Source of the DNA: an uncultured Carnobacteriaceae bacterium
GTDB taxonomy: Bacteria > Bacillota > Bacilli > Lactobacillales > Carnobacteriaceae_A
Direction of reading: 5' to 3'
Assembly (NCBI GenBank): GCA_964482685.1
Contig: CAYZZA010000001.1
Span: 358 to 64,357, forward strand
DNA length: 64,000 nt
Numbering within the stretch: the first letter of the stretch is position 1; the number at the start of each line of letters is the position of its first letter. Shown one piece after another: positions 58,345 to 64,000 of this stretch. The position numbers and the translations under genes were made by a program. Below the pieces are notes generated by a model. It made no database searches, was not told where the DNA came from, and saw only the letters and a list, made by a program, of their open reading frames with translations.

Positions 58345-59067
58345 TTATCGTAAAATTTTACTCAAGAAAGAACGGGTTCTTGGATGAGTTGGTTGGTCAA
58401 AAAAGTGTTCCGGCGTGCCTTCTTCTAAAATTTCACCGTCAGCCATAAAAATAATTCGATCTGCAACTTCTCGTGCAAATCCCATTTCATGTGTAACAAC
58501 AACCATTGTAATATTCATTTCAGATAACTTGACCATAACATCCAACACTTCTTGAACAGTTTCAGGATCAAGGGCGGATGTTGGTTCATCAAACAAAATA
58601 ATCTTTCTCTCTGAACAAAGAGCACGCGCAATGGCCACCCTTTGTTGCTGTCCACCGGATAATGTAGCTGGGTAGACATTGGCTTTATTTCGTAGGCCAA
58701 CAACATCTAAAAACTTGTAAGCCAATTCTTCGGCTTCTTTTTTTGTTTTGTTCTGTAGTTTGATCGGTCCAATTGTTAAGTTCTCCAACACCGTCATGTG
58801 TGGATACAAATTGAAGTGCTGAAATACCATCGCTGTCGAACTATTAACTACATCTAATTTATTTTTGGGTGTGACTAATTGCCCATCAATCAAGACATTA
58901 CCTGATGTGGGTTCTTCTAAAAAATTCATACATCGAACTGTTGTACTTTTTCCGGAACCTGAGGGGCCAATAATAACTACTTTCTCGCCCTCTGCAACTT
59001 CTAAGTTAATGTCTTTGAGTACATGGTTCGTTCCAAAGTACTTATTTAGATTCTCTAACTTAATCAA
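58345..59067 (-). CDS. Amino-acid ABC transporter ATP-binding protein (GlnQ-like)
   Basis: 240 aa with a TTG start. Motifs [35 protein letters not shown]. Confidence 0.9.
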   Translation of the reverse strand: MIKLENLNKYFGTNHVLKDINLEVAEGEKVVIIGPSGSGKSTTVRCMNFLEEPTSGNVLIDGQLVTPKNKLDVVNSSTAMVFQHFNLYPHMTVLENLTIGPIKLQNKTKKEAEELAYKFLDVVGLRNKANVYPATLSGGQQQRVAIARALCSERKIILFDEPTSALDPETVQEVLDVMVKLSEMNITMVVVTHEMGFAREVADRIIFMADGEILEEGTPEHFFDQPTHPRTRSFLSKILR

Positions 59068-59506
59068 TGATGTATCACTTCCTTTTCATTTCGCTCTTTA
59101 TAACTAGGAGTGCATGTGCTGATGAACAAGCCTTCAGCTCCTTTCTTTTGGAAGTTCCTCTTCATCTTAAGGGGTATTCATCTAGAAAGCAATCTTAAAG
59201 TAAAGCGCTTTCTTTATTTCGTTTGTTTGCGCCAAAAAAAAAGAATAAGCCCATTCCACTTTTGGTGCACAATATCACCATAAAAATGATTCTTTTTGAA
59301 AGCTTTGCATTCTTTCTGTTTGGTGCATGTGGGTGCGTGCCAAGATAATTCATACATACCTTCTTTGACACCTCTTAATTTTTCATTAAAAAAGGAGCTC
59401 ATTAAATGGGCTCTACTTATTCAGACTATGCACTTATGCTTATCTCCTGACTATAGAATACCTTTTCATTCCCAATCTTGTCAACTTATTTTTTCCCATA
59501 TTCTCA

Positions 59507-60742
59507 TTATTTTGAAATGTTCTTTTCATATTTGCGCTCCAACAAGCGAGGAAAAGTAGTTTCTTTCTCTTCTTTGTGTGCATAGGGATAATTAAGAGTA
59601 ACTTCTTCATACATCTGCTCAATCCGTTGGCCAAATCGTTCACTTGAATACTCAGCTGCTTTTTTTTGTGCTGCTTGTTTCATGGTTGCCATTTTTTCTG
59701 GCTGTGTACTCATCATACGGAGAGCATCCCAAAATTCATTTTTTGTTTCATACAAAAAACCAGTTTGACCTTGTATAATAATATCCTGTAGACACGCATC
59801 GTTTCGGCACAATGCTGGTACACCACTCGCCAGTGCTTCTATATACGTCACTCCTTGGGTTTCACTTGACGATGCCGAAACAAAGATGTCTGCAAGTCTG
59901 TAAATGGACGCTACATCTTTCGGGAGTATCATCCCTAAAAAGTGGACCTGCTGCTCCATCCCATAGTCTTTTACTAAGCATTCTAGCTCTTGCCGGTTTG
60001 GTCCATCTCCTGCGATTAACAGCATAAAGGTAGAATCTTTGGTAGTCGCTAAAAAATGAATCACTTCTTCTACATTTTTTTCTTTTGCAAGCCTTCCTAG
60101 GTACAACAACACAAAGTCATTTGGCGAGATTCCTCTTTTGGCTCGTTCCTGGTTTTTTTCTTCTAGAGTAGGTGGCTGAAACATGTGCGGATCAATACCT
60201 GTCGGAATCGTAAACACAGGTTTTTGTATGCCATACCCTAGTAACAATTGTTTAATTTTTTCAGTAGGCACGACTATGCCGTCGGTTTTTCCAAGAATAA
60301 ACTCCGAAAACTTTTGAACTGCTCTTTTCCCTATTCGAATATTGGATGAAAAATAGTGCGTATAATCTTCGTACACCGTATGGTACGTATGTACCAAAGG
60401 GACATGCAAGTACTTGGCTAATTTATGAGCCATTCTAAATGTACTAAACTCACTTTGGGAATGAATGATCTCTGGTCTCCAGGCAATAATCGCTTTCATC
60501 TCTGCTCGAGCAAACGAGCGCATGACGCGTGCTTCAGGATAAATTTTTTCTGCACTCAAAGAGGGAATGTAATACCGAACCCCTCCTGTTTCTTCTTTTA
60601 ATGTGTTCGTTTTCGGTTGCTTCAATGTCAGAATACGGACATCATGTCCCTTTTTCTTTAATTCCTGTTCTAAATTCACAACCGATGTGACCACCCCGTT
60701 AATAGATGGAGAATACGTGTCTGTTGTAATCAGTATTTTCAT
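59507..60742 (-). CDS. GT4 glycosyltransferase, diacylglycerol glycolipid-synthase-like
   Basis: 411 aa. N-terminus ILITTDTYSPSINGVV. C-terminal EX7E region SSSETQGVTYIEALASGVP. Confidence 0.75.
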   Translation of the reverse strand: MKILITTDTYSPSINGVVTSVVNLEQELKKKGHDVRILTLKQPKTNTLKEETGGVRYYIPSLSAEKIYPEARVMRSFARAEMKAIIAWRPEIIHSQSEFSTFRMAHKLAKYLHVPLVHTYHTVYEDYTHYFSSNIRIGKRAVQKFSEFILGKTDGIVVPTEKIKQLLLGYGIQKPVFTIPTGIDPHMFQPPTLEEKNQERAKRGISPNDFVLLYLGRLAKEKNVEEVIHFLATTKDSTFMLLIAGDGPNRQELECLVKDYGMEQQVHFLGMILPKDVASIYRLADIFVSASSSETQGVTYIEALASGVPALCRNDACLQDIIIQGQTGFLYETKNEFWDALRMMSTQPEKMATMKQAAQKKAAEYSSERFGQRIEQMYEEVTLNYPYAHKEEKETTFPRLLERKYEKNISK

Positions 60743-61002
60743 GCCTGTTCGTCCTTTTCGCTCTAGTGTGTCTAAACCATGCTACCTTCGTAGCCATGTT
60801 CTTCTGTCTTTTTTCTTGCTCCCTCACCCCCTTGAAGTTTTGCCGTCCTCTTACCTTGTTTATCCTTTTTAAAGTGGCTCACTTTGTTCAATTTGCTACT
60901 GAATTTGCCTTACTCAATGAGTTACGTAATGACTCATTCAGAATATAGCCATTTTTGAACTCTTTCTACTTGTCATAAACTAAAGCAAGTTCTCACCCGC
61001 TC

Positions 61003-61078
61003 CTCAAATCGTATTGGGCATAAACTGGATGTATATATCTGCATTCACTCGGTTTAAATGAGTGCCATACGATTTGAG
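61003..61078. repeat. 76-bp imperfect inverted repeat with perfect 12-bp terminal arms
   Basis: CTCAAATCGTAT (61003-61014) pairs with ATACGATTTGAG (61067-61078). Inner GGCA/TGCC and TAAAC/GTTTA pairs. Confidence 0.7.
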
Positions 61079-61102
61079 CAATATTTTCTGTTGCTATTTG
61101 CT

Positions 61103-61774
61103 TTACACGTCCATTCTTTTCTTTAATTCGCTTACAATCGTCTGCCATTGGGTAACCAAAAAAAAGATAAATAAAAAGGCACTCAAGAAGATAGACACAA
61201 CTGAAGGCCACCTGACAGTTGTCCAATTTAAAAATAAAAAGAGGCTTGGAATGGTGCCCAAAAGAGCCGCTAATTGCAAATAAAGAATGTAATCAAAAAC
61301 ATTCAAGCGGATGACTTTCACTGCAATCAACATGCCCACCAAGCAGGCACTACAAACAATCGGAATCGCATACGACAGCGACCAACCTGTCCACCCGTTT
61401 AGCCGGTCAAAATAGAGCGAAAAAGCAGACAAGAAGAACAACAAATACACCGTCGCTTTGGCAATATTTCGTTTTTTACGAATAAAAATCGCAACCGAAC
61501 TCCACAAACTAATGATGGCCAAAACGAGATACTCTAATCTTGTACTATCATGAGACACAAACAGTTCCAATCCAAAAATAAGGACAACTCCTAAAAGTGA
61601 CAAAAAACGGAGCAAAAAACGCGCGTTCTTTCGATTAAACTGCAGTGGAACACGTGGATACGGATCAAGCGGATGCCTCGTTTTTCCTTCCTCTAAATGC
61701 AATGGTGTTTCACACAGTGGGCACTGTTTCCAATTTCCCTCTACAGTCACGTGACATGCTGGACACGTCTTCAT
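61103..61774 (-). CDS. Zinc-ribbon plus polytopic membrane protein (possibly DUF6320-like)
   Basis: 223 aa. N-terminal CPAC-x13-CPLC, followed by about 5 TM segments. Its ATG overlaps the TGA of the upstream gene (ATGA). Confidence 0.55.
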   Translation of the reverse strand: MKTCPACHVTVEGNWKQCPLCETPLHLEEGKTRHPLDPYPRVPLQFNRKNARFLLRFLSLLGVVLIFGLELFVSHDSTRLEYLVLAIISLWSSVAIFIRKKRNIAKATVYLLFFLSAFSLYFDRLNGWTGWSLSYAIPIVCSACLVGMLIAVKVIRLNVFDYILYLQLAALLGTIPSLFLFLNWTTVRWPSVVSIFLSAFLFIFFLVTQWQTIVSELKKRMDV

Positions 61775-63144
61775 TCTACATCCCCCTCAATGTCTTCAGT
61801 ACGTACTTTATTGGATGCAATCGTCACTGGAATTCCTTGCTCTGTTAACGAACGTGCAAACACACGCTCAATCTCTGTCTCTACAAAGGGACTTGTAAAG
61901 GTTGCCGTCAGTTGATCTTTAAACGACACGATGCTTAATTGTGGGCGCACTGCTGAAACGTGAAAATACAAAGCGGAAATATGCGCATCCATCGCAGCAG
62001 GAATCGATACTTTCCCTAAATTTGATACAGCGATAGTGATATGGCGGTTGTTTACCCAGTTGATGCCTTTCAAAATCAAATCTTTCAACGGGCGTGGCGC
62101 TGCTCGCATCAACGGATTAAATTCGTAGGAAATTAATTTTTCCAATCTCTTTTGCAAAGAAGGCTGATTCACTTTTGCTTTCATCTCTTTTTGAAGAGAG
62201 GCACAGATAGTTGCAAGTGTATCTTCTTCTGGATGAGCAAAAGGGTAACTTAAATACAGAGCCGTAAAAAAATTACGAGCAGAATGCGAGGGAAAAAAGC
62301 GTCGTAAATTCACTGGTAAAGACAATTGAATGGCTTTTCCTTGTTCACTTCTAGGAGCCGTTTGGTGGACGGCTTTTACAAACAAAGCGGAAAGATAGAC
62401 CGTCAACGACACCCCTTCTTGGCGTGCTAAAGAAAGCACTGCGTCAACAGGCATTCTTAGCTCCACCACATGTGTGCGCAAATCAGCAGTCTTTTCTCCT
62501 CGAACACGGTAGACATTCCCTTTTTCAATACTTTTCCATCCGTCTTCCGATAACGTATGGGAACGTTTTTCTTGTTCACTTGTGTCGTCTTGCATTGCAT
62601 CGAGAGCAGATGCGGCTTCTTCTGCAAAGTTGTTCCTTTTTTTGTGTTTAAAATATCTATCGTAGCTATCTTCCAACTGACTTTCTAATTGTTCCTCACT
62701 CGGTAGAGCGTCTTGTGCAGATTGAACATCCAAACGCCGAACGTATTCCATCAACAAGTCTTGAAAAAACCACATTCCACCGGTGCCGTCTGACAACGCA
62801 TGGAATACTTCGAGATGAATGCGCGTACCTCGGTACAAAACCCGAAACAACAATTCGCGTCTATCGTAATGATAAATTTGTGCACAAGGTGGCTGGGTTT
62901 CGGGTATCACTAAAGGATGTAAATCACTTTCTTCTAGATAGTACCAAAAGAGCCCACGTCGAAGAACACTATGATACAAGACATATTTTTCATACGTGCT
63001 ATCCAAGGCTTGTTGAAGAAGGGACACATCTACAGAGTGAGCCATTTCTGCGCTTAACCGAAATACTTTCGTGTCTGTTTCGGTTCGGGCTGCTAAAAAT
63101 ATATTTGATGCATTATCCAATCTGACCCATTTTTTACGTTTCAT
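61771..63144 (-). CDS. Condensation/WS-DGAT-like HxxxD acyltransferase, substrate unknown
   Basis: HALSDG (HxxxDG) motif about 130 aa from the N-terminus. N-terminal LDNASNIF. The ATG at 63144 has SD GAGGAAG; alternative ATGs are at 63168 and 63171. Confidence 0.6.
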   Translation of the reverse strand: MKRKKWVRLDNASNIFLAARTETDTKVFRLSAEMAHSVDVSLLQQALDSTYEKYVLYHSVLRRGLFWYYLEESDLHPLVIPETQPPCAQIYHYDRRELLFRVLYRGTRIHLEVFHALSDGTGGMWFFQDLLMEYVRRLDVQSAQDALPSEEQLESQLEDSYDRYFKHKKRNNFAEEAASALDAMQDDTSEQEKRSHTLSEDGWKSIEKGNVYRVRGEKTADLRTHVVELRMPVDAVLSLARQEGVSLTVYLSALFVKAVHQTAPRSEQGKAIQLSLPVNLRRFFPSHSARNFFTALYLSYPFAHPEEDTLATICASLQKEMKAKVNQPSLQKRLEKLISYEFNPLMRAAPRPLKDLILKGINWVNNRHITIAVSNLGKVSIPAAMDAHISALYFHVSAVRPQLSIVSFKDQLTATFTSPFVETEIERVFARSLTEQGIPVTIASNKVRTEDIEGDVE

Positions 63145-64000
63145 TGTCTTTTTCTTCCTCTTTTTCATCATTTAAAAATGTGTTCATTTCCGCAAAGGCA
63201 CTTGTTAAAATAGTGGACACCATAGGGTACGTAAAAAAACCATGCACAGCCCTTTCCACTTGATGAATCACTGTATTGTTTCCAGCATCTTGTAAGGCTC
63301 GTCCAAACGCTTCTCCTTCATCTCGCAAAGGATCAAACTCTGCAGTAAATAGGAGCGTCTCTGATATATCCGTAAGATCTGTAGCCATCAAAGGAGAGAC
63401 AAAAGGCGTTTGTCTGACTGCTATGTCCGGTGCGTACAGTTCCATATATCCTTGCACTTTAGCGGCTGTTAATCCGTAATCGTACCCATTTGTCCGAATA
63501 GAGTCAAAAGGAGAAGCTTCAGTGTGATCCCAATGTGTCACAGGATAAAAGAGCACTTGTTTTTTTGGCCTGGCTTTCTTTTCCTTTTTTAGACGCAAGG
63601 AAACGGCACTAGCCAAATTAGCGCCCGCTGAATCCCCCATTAAAATCCAATTGGATGCGCCTGTTGCCCCATTTAATTCTTTTATTTTGTTGTTCTGAAA
63701 CAAAAAATCCGCCGCCCGATAACAATCATCAAATCCAGCCGGATACGGATGTTCTGGTGCCAATCGGTAATCAACCGAATAGACAACACGCCCCGTTCCA
63801 TCAGCTAAATTGATACATGGATTGGTATACGTTTCAATGTCTCCTATTACCCACCCACCTCCGTGAAAAAACAAAATTGGTTCAGGATGAAGCAAGTGCT
63901 TTGGGTAAAAAACGCGAATGGGAATTTCATGTGTGTAATCTTCTGAATACAGATGGATATCTAGTATTCGGTAGCCTTTTTTAGGTCCACCTGACACAAC
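63134..64000 (-). CDS. Alpha/beta hydrolase, family IV (HSL-type) esterase; 5' end probably beyond the window
   Basis: Motifs HGGGW (oxyanion hole), GDSAGANLA (nucleophile elbow), DPLRDE, HGF. The reading frame stays open to position 64000. Confidence 0.8.
   Translation of the reverse strand, partial: VVSGGPKKGYRILDIHLYSEDYTHEIPIRVFYPKHLLHPEPILFFHGGGWVIGDIETYTNPCINLADGTGRVVYSVDYRLAPEHPYPAGFDDCYRAADFLFQNNKIKELNGATGASNWILMGDSAGANLASAVSLRLKKEKKARPKKQVLFYPVTHWDHTEASPFDSIRTNGYDYGLTAAKVQGYMELYAPDIAVRQTPFVSPLMATDLTDISETLLFTAEFDPLRDEGEAFGRALQDAGNNTVIHQVERAVHGFFTYPMVSTILTSAFAEMNTFLNDEKEEEKDNET

Noticed and set aside
59068-59484. A T-box or S-box/L-box/glycine riboswitch in the leader of the amino-acid ABC operon
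   Set aside because: The leader has no T-box core (GGGTGGTACCGCG-like), no specifier/AGAGA-AGTA arrangement, and none of the S-box, L-box or glycine conserved blocks. It is kept only as an unexplained leader.
1-64000. CRISPR arrays, IS elements/transposases, integrases, prophage genes, tRNA/rRNA genes
   Set aside because: None were found on reading both strands. The only repeats are the intragenic tandem repeats and hairpins listed above. Composition looks uniform, with no obvious island boundary.

Overview
A 64-kb chromosomal segment from a low-GC Gram-positive bacterium. The gene content looks Lactobacillales-like (pepC, pepF, ntd, nrdHIEF, LysM/3D wall proteins), but I cannot assign a species. 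I support about 58 protein genes, most on the minus strand. I saw no rRNA, tRNA, CRISPR array, transposase or prophage genes. Recognisable blocks, in order: two Usp paralogues flanking a secreted repeat protein; fetAB-like exporter; BCCT osmolyte transporter; nrdHIEF preceded by a clear cobalamin riboswitch; a DUF2974-type hydrolase; a fused MacB-type ABC transporter; the aspartate-family operon (aspartate kinase-asd-hom-thrC-thrB); an orphan degenerate ParA-like gene; aspA, fumC and a malic enzyme; tsaE-pta-ung; pdxK; uvrC; two 3D-domain wall proteins with low-complexity repeats; ntd; a decayed 2-hydroxyacid dehydrogenase pseudogene; ansA; acyl-ACP thioesterase; pepC; alr; a polytopic membrane protein-YitT-amidohydrolase-pepF run; a MATE exporter; an unknown membrane protein plus ccdA-tlpA; an amino-acid ABC operon with a long leader; a GT4 glycolipid-type glycosyltransferase; and a translationally coupled esterase / HxxxD acyltransferase / zinc-ribbon membrane protein operon of unknown function. 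The most interesting signals are: the B12 riboswitch on the class Ib RNR operon; the three-gene acyl-transfer operon next to GT4; the pseudo-ATPase ParA-like orphan; two to three genes whose conserved N-termini require AUU/AUC/AUA starts; and several unexplained leaders, sORFs and inverted repeats. I found nothing that is demonstrably a new defence or mobile system. All functional calls come from motif reading by eye, with no database search. The ORF track uses the longest ORF (including TTG/GTG), so many starts were trimmed to the first start codon with a Shine-Dalgarno sequence.
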